From: Erysipelotrichaceae bacterium UBA4808
GTDB taxonomy: Bacteria; Bacillota_I; Bacilli_A; Erysipelotrichales; Erysipelotrichaceae
Reading direction: 5' to 3'
DNA: 64,000 bases
Assembly (NCBI GenBank): GCA_002402585.1
Contig: DHGC01000054.1
Coordinates: 10,972-74,971, forward strand
Both the position numbers and the translations under genes were made by a program. This document shows positions 54,173 to 64,000 of the stretch, one piece after another. The notes beneath the pieces are model-generated. The model saw nothing but the letters and a program-made list of their open reading frames with translations. It did not search any database and was not told where the DNA came from. Numbering within the stretch: the stretch's first letter is position 1; each line of letters opens with the position of its first letter.

Positions 54173-55714
54173 TTACTCAAAGGATTTGATCAAGAGCTTC
54201 AATTGGCGTCTTGAACGATAATCATCGATGCTGACTTGAGCTTTTATTGAATTAAAAACAGGTAAATGTGTCTCATTCATCGTGTCATCAAAAGATACCG
54301 CATCCACCATACGACCAAATATCATCAATTTGAAACGTAAGCCCATTCGCATGCGTTGTACATCACGAATCTCTACATCCTTGAAATAGAACTCTGGCCA
54401 AACAAAACCATGCCCAAAAGGCCTAAAACGCATACAATTCTCAATCACATCGATATCAAACCAATCCATTCTCATAATTAAACCATCATCACGCACTTCT
54501 GAAGCATATAAAGCATGAACGTGTTCATTGATCAAACGTTTAAACTCATGTTCATCTTCCTTCTTCAATTCAATGCCAGCCGCAGCCGCATGCCCCCCAT
54601 ACCTTAGTAATAAATGTGAAGCCGGCTCGATCAAAGCTCTCAGATCGACGCCACCAAAAGATCGTGCACTCCCCTTCAAACGACCTTGGTGCTCATTCAA
54701 GACAAAGACAGGTCTACGTAACTCACTCGCTAATCGACCCGCTGTAATCCCAACGATACCTTCGTGAAACTGAGGACTGGACAAGACTTGCACAGCCGCA
54801 TCATCAATCAAAGTTAGTGCTTCAATGTACATCGTTTGATTGATTTCCTTACGTCGATCATTTATCCGTAGCATCTCCTTCGCAAAGGTTTGAATCGTAT
54901 TAGAATGTTCCAAGGAAAGATACTCAACCAATTGATTGACATTGACTTGATCCGCTAGACGACCAAAGGCATTGATCTTCGGAACCAATTGAAAAGCAAT
55001 ATCCTGCTCATTAATGATTCCAGTTTTATTAAAAAGTGGTTTCAAAGTCTCATACGCATTCTGATTGATCTGCTCAATCCCTGCCATCACACACGCACGA
55101 TTAAAGCCCCATAGAGGCATGACATCCGCAATGGTCGCAATCGCAGCTAAACTACACAAATACGCATCAAAACCAAGCAAGTGATGACTCAACTGAAAAC
55201 TTAGACCAGAACCACACATGTTTTGATCGAATTCATCCAACATGTCCGGATGAATCAAATGTGTACATGCAACATCTTGTTCAAATTGATGATGATCTAA
55301 AATCAAGCTGGTCGCATTGTTATCGTTGAGTATTTTAAGTGCATCATGCGCGCTAACACCATTATCCACACAAATAAAAAATGAATAACCCTTATCCAAT
55401 GCTTTCTCAACTGTCGCAACATTCAAACCATAGCCTTCTGTAAAACGATTGGGGATATAGTATCCCACATCTGCACCCATCTTACGTAAGGTCTGAACCA
55501 TGATGGTTGTCGCAATGATACCATCCGCATCGTAATCACCACAGACGATTATCTTACGCTGATTAGTAATTGCTTCTTGGATAAGTTTGCTTGCTTTGAC
55601 AAACAATGGATGCTCAGAAAACACCAACTTTGGTGGTGAGTATAATTCATGAATCTGGTGTTCATTAAGTTGATTGAACTCAATCAAAGCTTCGAGTAAT
55701 GTATTGTTCTTCAT
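54173..55714 (-). CDS. recJ: single-stranded-DNA-specific exonuclease RecJ (short, 513-aa form)
   Basis: It has DHH motifs ([12 protein letters not shown]) and the DHHA1 motif GGHAAAAG. Confidence 0.85.
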   Translation of the reverse strand: MKNNTLLEALIEFNQLNEHQIHELYSPPKLVFSEHPLFVKASKLIQEAITNQRKIIVCGDYDADGIIATTIMVQTLRKMGADVGYYIPNRFTEGYGLNVATVEKALDKGYSFFICVDNGVSAHDALKILNDNNATSLILDHHQFEQDVACTHLIHPDMLDEFDQNMCGSGLSFQLSHHLLGFDAYLCSLAAIATIADVMPLWGFNRACVMAGIEQINQNAYETLKPLFNKTGIINEQDIAFQLVPKINAFGRLADQVNVNQLVEYLSLEHSNTIQTFAKEMLRINDRRKEINQTMYIEALTLIDDAAVQVLSSPQFHEGIVGITAGRLASELRRPVFVLNEHQGRLKGSARSFGGVDLRALIEPASHLLLRYGGHAAAAGIELKKEDEHEFKRLINEHVHALYASEVRDDGLIMRMDWFDIDVIENCMRFRPFGHGFVWPEFYFKDVEIRDVQRMRMGLRFKLMIFGRMVDAVSFDDTMNETHLPVFNSIKAQVSIDDYRSRRQLKLLIKSFE

Positions 55715-55726
55715 ACGTTAAGTATA

Positions 55727-55754
55727 TCAAAAAAGAGCAGGTGTTCTGCTCTTA
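55727..55754 (-). terminator. intrinsic terminator after secDF, ending ~13 nt before the recJ ATG
   Basis: The minus strand reads AAGAGCAG-aacac-CTGCTCTT followed by TTTTGATAT. The stem overlaps the secDF stop. Confidence 0.55.
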
Positions 55755-58031
55755 GTCGTTGATTCCAAAGATCGTTAGTTCTTCAGGTTCACTCTTCTTT
55801 GATTTAGGTTTTGCTTTAACCACTCTCGGTTTACGATGAACACGCATCCAGTACCAGAATTGAGCAGCAATGAAAATCGATGAATATGCCCCTGCTGTCA
55901 AGCCAACCAACATCGCAATATTGAAGGTAAAGATCGCTCCAGAACCCAAACTGATCAAGAAGATAATCGGAATGAGAGTTGTAAACGTATTGTACAACGA
56001 ACGTTGCGCTGTAGCACGAAGCGAATCATTGACAATCGAACGATAATCTTCTTTCGAAATATGAGGTTTCGACCAATTCTTAACATTTTCACGAATGCGG
56101 TCAAAGATAACAATGGAGTCATCCACAGAGTACCCAATGATGGCCAAGATAACCGCAATCAACTCAGTATTAAACTCAAGTCTAAAGATAGCAAAGAAAG
56201 CGAAGACAAACAGAACGTCATGCACCAATGCGATGATTGTTGATAAAGCATAGTCAAATTCAAAGCGGATCGTAATAAACAACAGAATAAAGATCCAAGC
56301 TAAGAATGAGAGCAACATCGCATTACGAACCAACTCTTGACCTACAACGGGTGTAACGACACTATCGTTTATTTCTTGACCATACTTCGCTTCGATCACA
56401 TTGTTGATCTCATCTAATTTGCTACGATCCAAAATTTGATTAGTTGTCACATACGCTGTTTTGTCACCTGATAATTGAACCTTGAATTGATCTAACCCAA
56501 AGCTGTTGAAATCTGCAATGACAGCCTCCTCAGTGACAGCAGTATCGGAATTAACCGTGATCTTGGTTCCTGAAGTAAAGTCGATGCCCATATTCAAAGC
56601 ACCATTGCCTTGTGCAAGATTTAAGATGCCCAGCAAAGAACCTGCGACAAGCACGACCAAACTCGCTGTGATGAAAGGTCGAGATAATTTCACAAAATCA
56701 AAACGATTGAATTGACCGAAATAACGTTTTTCTTCGCCCTTACTCAAGTCCGGAATATCTTGATTGCGAACACCGAACCACGTCTTTTTGTCATCGAACT
56801 TACCGGATTTAATAAGCAAACCCAACAAGAATTTTGTAAAGAACACATTGATCAAAAGCGTCGAGAAAATTGTGACCATAAGCATCGTCGCAAAGCCTTT
56901 GACTGCTCCAGAACCATACATATACATCAAGAAAGCTGCGATGAATGTCGTGAACTGTGAATCGAAAATAGTGCGCCATGCCAAATGATGACCTTCTTTA
57001 TGCGCAGTCAATAGACTTCTACCCAGTAACAATTCATCTTTGATTCGCTCAAACGTAATGACGTTCGCATCGACCGTCATCCCAACCCCAAGCACCAAAG
57101 CCGCAATACCTGGCAAGGTGAACACGCCACCCATCGCATTATAGATTGATATTGTCAAGAAGACATAAAGCATCAACATCAACGCTGAAACGACACCAGG
57201 CAAACGATATATCGCAATCATGAAGACCATGACGCCCAAAACCCCAAACAAACCTGCAAAGGTTGTTTGAGCAAATGCATTCAATCCAAACTCAGCACTG
57301 ACCACATTCGCATAAATTTCCGTCATTTTGACTGGTAATGAACCCGAGTTGATCAAACTTGCCAATTGTCGTGCTTCTTCATCGGTAAATGAACCTTTGA
57401 TGATCGCATCGCCATTGATGCCTTGATTGACACTGGCAGCTGAAATATATTTAGGACTCTCTTTTTGAACTTCCGCCAAATAAGAATCCACACCTTCTTC
57501 AAAATCCAACCATGTGATGATCATGTTGTTTCCACTGAGCATCTCAGATACTTTTTTCGTAAGTTCAAAGAACTTATCTTGATCGGCAATCTTTAAACTG
57601 ACCACGACAAAGCCATTCTCATACGCCAATGAAGCTCCACCTTCAACTAAGATGGTCGCATCCGCCAATAAGTTGTCATTGACATCGCGGAACGTTAGAT
57701 TCGCTGTCGTCGAAATAATCTTACGTGCTTCTTCTTGATCTGTAACACCAGCCAATTGAATACGAACACGGTTATCACCTTCGATGCTGATTTCTGGTTC
57801 ATTGACACCTAAGACGTCAATACGTTTGCTGATACTGGTCGTAACTGCACTCATCTCAGGCAATTCCGATCCATCGATCAATGGACTGACTTCATAAACA
57901 ATTTCAAAACCACCTTGCAGATCAAGTCCTAAGGTCATGGAATCCTGTACATTCTTACTAAAACCAAGCACTGTTACCAAGAGTACAACCACGGTTAGTG
58001 CAAATACAATCAAGCGGCTATTCTTTTTCAT
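55752..58031 (-). CDS. secDF: protein translocase subunit SecDF (fused)
   Basis: It is a 759-aa polytopic protein with SecD and SecF halves. Its ATGA overlaps the upstream small gene. Confidence 0.9.
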   Translation of the reverse strand: MKKNSRLIVFALTVVVLLVTVLGFSKNVQDSMTLGLDLQGGFEIVYEVSPLIDGSELPEMSAVTTSISKRIDVLGVNEPEISIEGDNRVRIQLAGVTDQEEARKIISTTANLTFRDVNDNLLADATILVEGGASLAYENGFVVVSLKIADQDKFFELTKKVSEMLSGNNMIITWLDFEEGVDSYLAEVQKESPKYISAASVNQGINGDAIIKGSFTDEEARQLASLINSGSLPVKMTEIYANVVSAEFGLNAFAQTTFAGLFGVLGVMVFMIAIYRLPGVVSALMLMLYVFLTISIYNAMGGVFTLPGIAALVLGVGMTVDANVITFERIKDELLLGRSLLTAHKEGHHLAWRTIFDSQFTTFIAAFLMYMYGSGAVKGFATMLMVTIFSTLLINVFFTKFLLGLLIKSGKFDDKKTWFGVRNQDIPDLSKGEEKRYFGQFNRFDFVKLSRPFITASLVVLVAGSLLGILNLAQGNGALNMGIDFTSGTKITVNSDTAVTEEAVIADFNSFGLDQFKVQLSGDKTAYVTTNQILDRSKLDEINNVIEAKYGQEINDSVVTPVVGQELVRNAMLLSFLAWIFILLFITIRFEFDYALSTIIALVHDVLFVFAFFAIFRLEFNTELIAVILAIIGYSVDDSIVIFDRIRENVKNWSKPHISKEDYRSIVNDSLRATAQRSLYNTFTTLIPIIFLISLGSGAIFTFNIAMLVGLTAGAYSSIFIAAQFWYWMRVHRKPRVVKAKPKSKKSEPEELTIFGIND

Positions 58032-58315
58032 TCATTCCCTCCGACCATTGAAGCAAAATCTGCCAATGATTTCCGATGTCCGTCGATGACGGCTTTCTTC
58101 GCTAAAAATGCCACGATTTCATCCTCATTACACGATAGTACATCATCAATGACATCATGTAATTGCGTTGGCATGCCACTTTTCCACTTGATGGCCACAA
58201 GTGCTTCTTTGAACTGTTCATAGCTTAAATTTGGCAATGCATACTTTTGAAGCATGCCTAATTTCAATGCAATGGTCAATTCGATTTGTTCCGTCATTAA
58301 AAAAAAGTCATTCAT
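58028..58315 (-). CDS. small ComN/YrzD-like post-transcriptional regulator family protein (tentative)
   Basis: It is ~95 aa and sits directly upstream of secDF, like Bacillus comN. The pattern SYEQFKEALVAIKWKSGMP...LHDVIDDVL resembles that family. The ATG at 58315 follows AAGGTGG, and TATAAT lies at 58342-58337. Confidence 0.4.
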   Translation of the reverse strand: MNDFFLMTEQIELTIALKLGMLQKYALPNLSYEQFKEALVAIKWKSGMPTQLHDVIDDVLSCNEDEIVAFLAKKAVIDGHRKSLADFASMVGGNE

Positions 58316-58366
58316 AATCCACCTTACTGCTGTATCATTATAAAGCATATTGAACTTTAGTTAAAG

Positions 58367-59680
58367 TCATTCTTTTGCTTTTGCTTTTAAAGCATGAACA
58401 AATGCTTTGAACATTTTTCCACGTTGTTCATAATTATCAAACTGATCATAACTCGCACAAGCAGGCGATAAAAGCACCACATCCCCTTCTTTAGCACAGG
58501 CATAAGCTTGCATCAAAGCATCTTCCATCGTCTCTGTTAAAACAGCTTCTGGATAGAGTTGCTTGAATTGATCACGTGTAACCCCAAAAGCATACATCGC
58601 TTTCAAACGATGCATATGAGGTTTCAATATAGCAAAGCCGGTTTTCTTATCATAACCACCTGCTAATAAGATGATGTTGGAATCAAAGGCTTTCAATGCG
58701 ACTTCCGTCGATTCAGCGGTTGTTGCTTTGGAATCATTGTAATAGCGAACACCCTTGATTGTGGTGATATATTCCAAACGATGTTCAACACCCGTAAATT
58801 CCGCACAAACAGCTTGAATATCAGAAAGTTCAACACCCATCAAGTACGCCATGCTTGACGCAACCATCGCATTGGATACATTGTGCATGCCAGTGATTTT
58901 TAGCGAGGATACTTCAAAAAGTTTCTCTTCTTTGAATTTGACCCAACCATTCTCAAGATGAATATCTGCATCCTTATCCAGTGAAAAAGACAATACACGC
59001 GCTTTAACGTCCTGTGTGAGCGCAACAATGTTCTCATCATCCAAATTCTTCAAAAAAACATCATTCTCATCTTGAGCCTGATAAATACGACATTTCGCAG
59101 CATAATAAGCACCCACATCCCCAAACACATCCAAATGGTCCGGAGCGAGATTCAAAATAACGCTGATCTTCGGTTTAAAGCGATCACATCCCAACAATTG
59201 AAACGCAGCAATCTCCATCGCCACATCCAGTGTCACATCGCCTCGTTCTGCCACAACTTCACTAAACGCCAAGCCAATGTTTCCACACGCAAGATTTCGT
59301 TCATCTTTGCGTTTCAACATTGCTTCAAGAAGACTCGTCGTAGTCGTTTTACCATTCGTGCCTGTAATCGCCGCAATTGAATACTTCACCATTCGACATG
59401 CAATTTCAATTTCGTTGTAGATGAAGTAACCTTGATCACTCAATGCTTGAACAAATGGACTCGTGTGTGGAATCCCTGGATTCTTGATAATCAAATCATA
59501 GCTTTGTTCTAAAAGAGACGAAGGATGCCCTTCATCATAGACAGAAATACCCATGTCTTCCAAACTCAGTTTTTCATTAACTATTTTTAAATCTGTTAAC
59601 ACCACATCATACGCATTTTGCTTCAACAACTTCGCAATCGCTATACCACTGCGAGCAGCCCCAATAACCAAAGCTTTCAT
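58367..59680 (-). CDS. murD: UDP-N-acetylmuramoylalanine--D-glutamate ligase
   Basis: It has an N-terminal Rossmann-like domain (MKALVIGAARSGIAIAKLL), the P-loop ITGTNGKTTTTS, and the mraY-murD order. The ATG at 59680 overlaps the mraY TGA. Confidence 0.9.
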   Translation of the reverse strand: MKALVIGAARSGIAIAKLLKQNAYDVVLTDLKIVNEKLSLEDMGISVYDEGHPSSLLEQSYDLIIKNPGIPHTSPFVQALSDQGYFIYNEIEIACRMVKYSIAAITGTNGKTTTTSLLEAMLKRKDERNLACGNIGLAFSEVVAERGDVTLDVAMEIAAFQLLGCDRFKPKISVILNLAPDHLDVFGDVGAYYAAKCRIYQAQDENDVFLKNLDDENIVALTQDVKARVLSFSLDKDADIHLENGWVKFKEEKLFEVSSLKITGMHNVSNAMVASSMAYLMGVELSDIQAVCAEFTGVEHRLEYITTIKGVRYYNDSKATTAESTEVALKAFDSNIILLAGGYDKKTGFAILKPHMHRLKAMYAFGVTRDQFKQLYPEAVLTETMEDALMQAYACAKEGDVVLLSPACASYDQFDNYEQRGKMFKAFVHALKAKAKE

Positions 59681-60636
59681 TTCAATACCCCCATGAAGAG
59701 TCCGATAAGCATGAAAACAAAGCCCATCCCCCAAAAGAAACGTACCACGTTGCTTTCTCTCCAGCCCGACAAAGTGAAACTATAATGTATCGGCGTATAT
59801 TTGAAAACACGTCGCTTGAAAAGTTTAACTGAACCAATTTGTATCATGACACAAAGCGTCTCAAAGATGAAAATACCTGCGATGAAGATGAAACTGAACT
59901 CCTGTTTCAATACCAAAGCTAAAGCTGCTAAAACAGCGCCTAGAGCTAAAGAACCTGTATCCCCCATAAAGATCTTGGCTGGATGCTTATTGTACCAAAG
60001 ATAGGCGATCAAAGAGCCCATCAAAGCCAACACAAAGGCAAAGATTTCAAAATTGCCCTGACGATAGGCAAATATTGCAAATGGAAACAAGGCAATCAGA
60101 CTCGTCCCCCCTGCCAAACCATCCATACCATCCGTCAAATTCACCGCATTACTGGCTCCTGTGAACACAAACAAAACAAACACAAGGTAAAAAACACCCA
60201 AATCAAAGGTCCAATTCAAACCGTAGATAGTGATGCTTGAGGATAGATATTGTCTAAAAAAGAAGTAGAAGACAGCCGCTAGAACCACCTGCAGAAAAAA
60301 CTTTAAACGTGCCGAGATCCCTTTATTATTTTTCTCGAGAATAATCTTGTAGTCATCCACAAATCCAATCAAACCATAGGCTAGATACACCAACAGTACC
60401 AAGAGCACCTCAGCTTTAAGCAAAGCCTTGGGGAACACCATCATGAATACCAAAACAGGCACCAATACAAATAAAACACCCCCCAAACTGGGTGTTTTTG
60501 CTTTTGCTTTAAAACTATCTAGAGAATATTCACTAACGATCTGTTGGTGTTGACGCTGATTCAAAACCTTGATAAAAAGCGGATATAAGAAGAAACTCAC
60601 GATGAAGCTCAACCCCGCAACGAGTATATTTAACAT
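59677..60636 (-). CDS. mraY: phospho-N-acetylmuramoyl-pentapeptide transferase
   Basis: It is a polytopic protein with the conserved NAVNLTDGMDGLA and MGDTGSLALG motifs. Confidence 0.95.
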   Translation of the reverse strand: MLNILVAGLSFIVSFFLYPLFIKVLNQRQHQQIVSEYSLDSFKAKAKTPSLGGVLFVLVPVLVFMMVFPKALLKAEVLLVLLVYLAYGLIGFVDDYKIILEKNNKGISARLKFFLQVVLAAVFYFFFRQYLSSSITIYGLNWTFDLGVFYLVFVLFVFTGASNAVNLTDGMDGLAGGTSLIALFPFAIFAYRQGNFEIFAFVLALMGSLIAYLWYNKHPAKIFMGDTGSLALGAVLAALALVLKQEFSFIFIAGIFIFETLCVMIQIGSVKLFKRRVFKYTPIHYSFTLSGWRESNVVRFFWGMGFVFMLIGLFMGVLK

Positions 60637-60668
60637 ACGCTACCTCTGACGAAAAACATTATAGCACA

Positions 60669-62828
60669 TTATTCAAAGACTACTTCAAGCGTCATTGTTG
60701 AATCAATGCTTGTTCCAGCTTCGATATTCATGGAGACCGCATTCCCCTCACCCAAATAGATGGCATTCATTCCACTCAAATTTACAAATGCTTGGATATC
60801 TTTCTTACTCTTGCCAATCAAATCAGGTAAGACAATGTTCTCATACGATGTCAAAAGATAAATATTTTGCGTACTCATAATATGTTCGACGTCTTTTGGA
60901 TATTGATCAATGATCCGGTCTCCATCCCCTAAGACGATGATTTTATCTTGTACACTCAATAAGTCCTGATATACATAATCCAAACTGTGATTGATATAGC
61001 TTTTAATCGGAACGCTAGTCAATGTAGTTTCTTTCTCTTGTGTCAACTGCGTATCAACAGCTTCACGATAATCATTGACCAATGCGATTTGACGCAACAA
61101 TTGTTTGATTGGATTGGTATCCACATGTGCCATGTTATTTACGGGGGCTTTGAAGGCATAATAAACCATGACTTCAGGTTTATCCGCAGGTAAACCGATT
61201 ACGACGGAATAGATATATTGATCCTTTGAATACTCACCCTCAATGATCATCTGTGCCGTTCCAGTCTTTGCTAAGATTGAAACTTCGTCCACTTTATAAT
61301 ATTGACCCGTTCCCCGTTCGCCATAGACGACATCATACATCAAAGATTGAACCTTAGAAGCTGTTTCAGCCTTGATTGCTTGGCCAATGACTTGTACTTC
61401 TGTCTTTTGAATGATCTCTTTTGTTTTCGCATTGACGATCTCATCCAAGACATAAGGCTTTACCAATTTACCCTCATTGAAAATCGCTGTATACGCTTGT
61501 AAGATCTGAGCCATGTTCAAAGAGATGCCTTGTCCATAACCCACAGTCAACTTATCTAATGGCCAAGTATAGTTGATAGATCCAATCGTTTCATTCATAC
61601 CATCCAAATTAACTTTATTTTTAAAACCGAAGCGAACAAGATATTCCATGAAGACATCATCATCTAAATATTTCGTCAGTAGACTCGCAACACCCACGTT
61701 TGACGAGTAAGCAAAGCCCAAATCATAGCTGATCTGACCCCAGTCACGATTATTCGCATTACGAATCGAGCCAATGAGATTTCCAGAATTGCTGGAGCGA
61801 ATCGCATTCCCACTCTTATCCAATCCGACCAAGAAGGTGGCACTATTAAAGGTATCACTTCCACGATAAACGCCTGAATCGATCGCTGCGGCATAAGTGA
61901 ATGCCTTCATCGTAGAACCTGGCTCATAGATTTGTTGTGTTAAGTAACTTTGATAATTGGTGATGTCTTTCTTATTGGGGTCGTAACTTGGATATTGACC
62001 AACAGCCAAGATCTTACCTGTATCCACTTCCATGACTGCTCCCCAAGCTTCCGTCGCATTGAAACGTTCTTGTGTCATCAAAAAGGAGGATTCCAACTGT
62101 TCTTGTATGGAACGATCCAATGTCAGTTTTAGATTATAACCATCTTGTGGATTCACAACCTCTTCAGGATACCCGGGTAACGAATAACCATAACGATCCA
62201 CAATCGCCACTTTTGATCCATCCATGCCTGCTAAGGCTTTATCATAAGATGCTTCAATGCCCATCACGCCTTTGGTATTGAGTTCATCCTTTTGGACAAA
62301 ACCAACAAGATAGGCCGCAAAGGTATTCAGGGGATAATGACGTGTCAAAGTCTTGGTGAAACCAATTCCGTTGAGATCGAGCTCTTCAATTGTATTCTTC
62401 TGATTTAAGCTGAGATTGCTACCATATAAGCCAAATTCTGTTTGATAGGACGCTGAGACCAATCGCTCCAAGATGTAATCATAAGGTGCACCCAAAATAT
62501 TCGCTAAGATTTCAGCGGTTGCTTCCTTGTCCACGACATATGCAGGTTTATTTTTGTATGAAGGTCGCGTTGAACTTACGATGGCATATAAGGTATAGGT
62601 TTCACGATCTTGGGCGATGATTTCACCATTGCGATCGATAATCAAACCACGTTTTGCGATTAATTTTTGTTTGACTGTATTAACATTACTGCTGTATTCA
62701 GCCAAATTGGTCTGTGAATTCAAATGAATCCCTGCGATACTCACAAAATACAGGTTAACGGCTAAAAGAGCACACACCATGCCCGTAAATCCGATTGTAA
62801 AAAGAAGTAGATTACGACTTCTTTTCAT
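60669..62828 (-). CDS. class B penicillin-binding protein (PBP2B/FtsI-like) with a C-terminal PASTA domain
   Basis: It has a TM anchor, the transpeptidase motifs SxxK (GSTMKAF), SSN and KTGTA, and a C-terminal PASTA-like segment (LPDLIGKSKKDIQAFVNLSGMNAIYLGEG). The ATG at 62828 lies 1 nt after the ftsL TGA; the track start at 62837 is a GTG. Confidence 0.85.
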   Translation of the reverse strand: MKRSRNLLLFTIGFTGMVCALLAVNLYFVSIAGIHLNSQTNLAEYSSNVNTVKQKLIAKRGLIIDRNGEIIAQDRETYTLYAIVSSTRPSYKNKPAYVVDKEATAEILANILGAPYDYILERLVSASYQTEFGLYGSNLSLNQKNTIEELDLNGIGFTKTLTRHYPLNTFAAYLVGFVQKDELNTKGVMGIEASYDKALAGMDGSKVAIVDRYGYSLPGYPEEVVNPQDGYNLKLTLDRSIQEQLESSFLMTQERFNATEAWGAVMEVDTGKILAVGQYPSYDPNKKDITNYQSYLTQQIYEPGSTMKAFTYAAAIDSGVYRGSDTFNSATFLVGLDKSGNAIRSSNSGNLIGSIRNANNRDWGQISYDLGFAYSSNVGVASLLTKYLDDDVFMEYLVRFGFKNKVNLDGMNETIGSINYTWPLDKLTVGYGQGISLNMAQILQAYTAIFNEGKLVKPYVLDEIVNAKTKEIIQKTEVQVIGQAIKAETASKVQSLMYDVVYGERGTGQYYKVDEVSILAKTGTAQMIIEGEYSKDQYIYSVVIGLPADKPEVMVYYAFKAPVNNMAHVDTNPIKQLLRQIALVNDYREAVDTQLTQEKETTLTSVPIKSYINHSLDYVYQDLLSVQDKIIVLGDGDRIIDQYPKDVEHIMSTQNIYLLTSYENIVLPDLIGKSKKDIQAFVNLSGMNAIYLGEGNAVSMNIEAGTSIDSTMTLEVVFE

Positions 62829-62829
62829 T

Positions 62830-63132
62830 TCATTCACCGCGTACGATGGTTACGTTTTCTTGAATGACACTCAAACCCGCTTCTTTAGCAATCGCCATGA
62901 CACGATCTTTTGAGCTCAGATTTTGAATCTCTACATTTAGCACTTCATTACTCTGATTCAAACGAACAATCTCCGTTTGTGTTTTTTGAATCGCTACACT
63001 TAGTTGTACATTATACGCTCTAAGAAAAATTGAAGAGAACATCCATGCAAATAAGCTCAAGCTGAAAACGAGGAAACACAAGCCCTCGATCTTCAGATAT
63101 CTTCTTTTTACACGTGTAATCTTCTTTGCCAT
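62830..63132 (-). CDS. ftsL: cell division protein FtsL
   Basis: It is 100 aa with a single TM helix and a coiled-coil, positioned between rsmH and the class B PBP gene. Confidence 0.75.
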   Translation of the reverse strand: MAKKITRVKRRYLKIEGLCFLVFSLSLFAWMFSSIFLRAYNVQLSVAIQKTQTEIVRLNQSNEVLNVEIQNLSSKDRVMAIAKEAGLSVIQENVTIVRGE

Positions 63133-63136
63133 TTAT

Positions 63137-64000
63137 TTATCGTTTCCTTAGTACTCTTAATTTCGCGGAACGTGCACGTGGATTCACTTCACACTCAGCT
63201 TCTGTGGGAATGATCACCTTATGCGTCAAATGCTCGTAATCCGCTTCAAGAAGTCCTTGTATTGGTAGTTTAGCGGGCATATCGACGGTTGACTGTTTCT
63301 GCATGAACTTCTTCACCATGCGATCTTCTAATGAATGGAAGGTAATGATGACCAAGCGGCCATCTGGATTCAAGCGCTTCGCTGCTTGTTCCAAAACTTC
63401 TTCCAACGCTTTCAATTCTTGATTCACTTCAATGCGAATCGCTTGAAACACTTGTTTCGCGGGATGTCCCTTTTGACTCAAAACCTTCATAGGAAGTGCA
63501 CTTTTAATCACATCCACTAACGCCAAACTCGTTTCAATCGGTTTGATCGCGCGTTGTTGTTCAATTTTGCGTGCGATCTGTTTAGCAAACTTCTCTTCAC
63601 CGTAATGACTGAAGATATATGTTAGTTTTTCAAAGGAATAATGATTCACGACATGATAGGCGTCCAAATCTTGGCTTTGATCCATGCGCATATCCAGTCG
63701 TGCATCATAGCGATAACTGAACCCACGTTCTGGATCATCAAATTGTGGCGAAGATACACCGAGATCCAAGAGAATTCCATCCAGATGTTCAATGCCATAC
63801 TTATTTAAAGTTTTATCTAAATTTCTGAAGTTTTCACGACAGATAACGAGTTTTGTCGGATACGTATTCTGCAATGTCTGCGCAGCTTTGATGGCTTCTT
63901 CATCTTGATCGAAAACAATCAACTTACCATCCTGCAATTGTTTTAAAATCGCAGCACTATGTCCCCCTCTTCCAAAGGTTCCATCCACATAGCTACCATT
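63137..64000 (-). CDS. rsmH: 16S rRNA (cytosine1402-N4)-methyltransferase RsmH (MraW); the N-terminus lies beyond the window end
   Basis: It has DGTFGRGGHS and ITFHSLEDRMVK, and is the first gene of the dcw cluster. The reading frame stays open to position 64000. Confidence 0.9.
   Translation of the reverse strand, partial: NGSYVDGTFGRGGHSAAILKQLQDGKLIVFDQDEEAIKAAQTLQNTYPTKLVICRENFRNLDKTLNKYGIEHLDGILLDLGVSSPQFDDPERGFSYRYDARLDMRMDQSQDLDAYHVVNHYSFEKLTYIFSHYGEEKFAKQIARKIEQQRAIKPIETSLALVDVIKSALPMKVLSQKGHPAKQVFQAIRIEVNQELKALEEVLEQAAKRLNPDGRLVIITFHSLEDRMVKKFMQKQSTVDMPAKLPIQGLLEADYEHLTHKVIIPTEAECEVNPRARSAKLRVLRKR

Noticed and set aside
1-64000. Mobile elements, prophage, CRISPR arrays, toxin-antitoxin or defence islands, and rRNA/tRNA genes.
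   Set aside because: I recognised no transposase, integrase or phage-like ORFs, no repeat-spacer arrays, no long inverted or direct repeats flanking any block, and no tRNA- or rRNA-like sequence. The window is almost entirely housekeeping.

Overview
This window is a compact core-genome segment of a low-GC Gram-positive (Bacillota). The exact lineage cannot be determined from the sequence alone. I call about 62 protein genes, roughly 90% on the minus strand, many joined by 1-, 4- or 8-nt start/stop overlaps. Several blocks keep Bacillus-like gene order: thyA-folA-(x)-scpA-scpB-rluB-rsmE-(x)-mtaB-murE; an M16 peptidase pair; pncB; a BMP-type nucleoside ABC importer; ftsK-rnj-miaB; ferredoxin-ymdB-rny-recA-cinA-pgsA-rodZ; gpsB-rnpB opposite recU-ponA; dnaD-nth; mtnN; yqeG-yqeH-yhbY-nadD/yqeK-rsfS-methyltransferase; parE-parC opposite plsY; yneF; secDF-recJ-apt-relA-[T-box]-hisS-aspS; and rsmH-ftsL-pbp2B-mraY-murD. 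Three RNA elements sit in DNA that is ORF-free or covered by spurious ORFs. They are a type-B RNase P RNA (27.6-27.9 kb), an Asp-specifier T-box leader upstream of hisS-aspS (51.1-51.3 kb), and a promoter-plus-terminator-bounded structured RNA after aspS (47.85-48.03 kb) that is a candidate 6S RNA. A 58-aa 2x[4Fe-4S] ferredoxin is missing from the ORF track. I found no rRNA, tRNA, CRISPR, transposase, integrase, prophage or recognisable defence genes. I do not see a convincing novel multi-gene system. The only accessory-looking spot is 44.8-47.9 kb, at a synteny breakpoint. It holds an ABC exporter translationally coupled to a visibly AT-rich HTH/helical-repeat protein, followed by a 243-nt ORF-poor spacer with palindromes. 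Other second-look items are an uncharacterised ORF wedged between rsmE and mtaB, a catalytically degenerate PlsC-like protein, a NadD-YqeK fusion, murE displaced from the dcw cluster, and a long C-terminal extension on PBP1A. All product calls rest on motif and family recognition by eye and on synteny; no database search was run.
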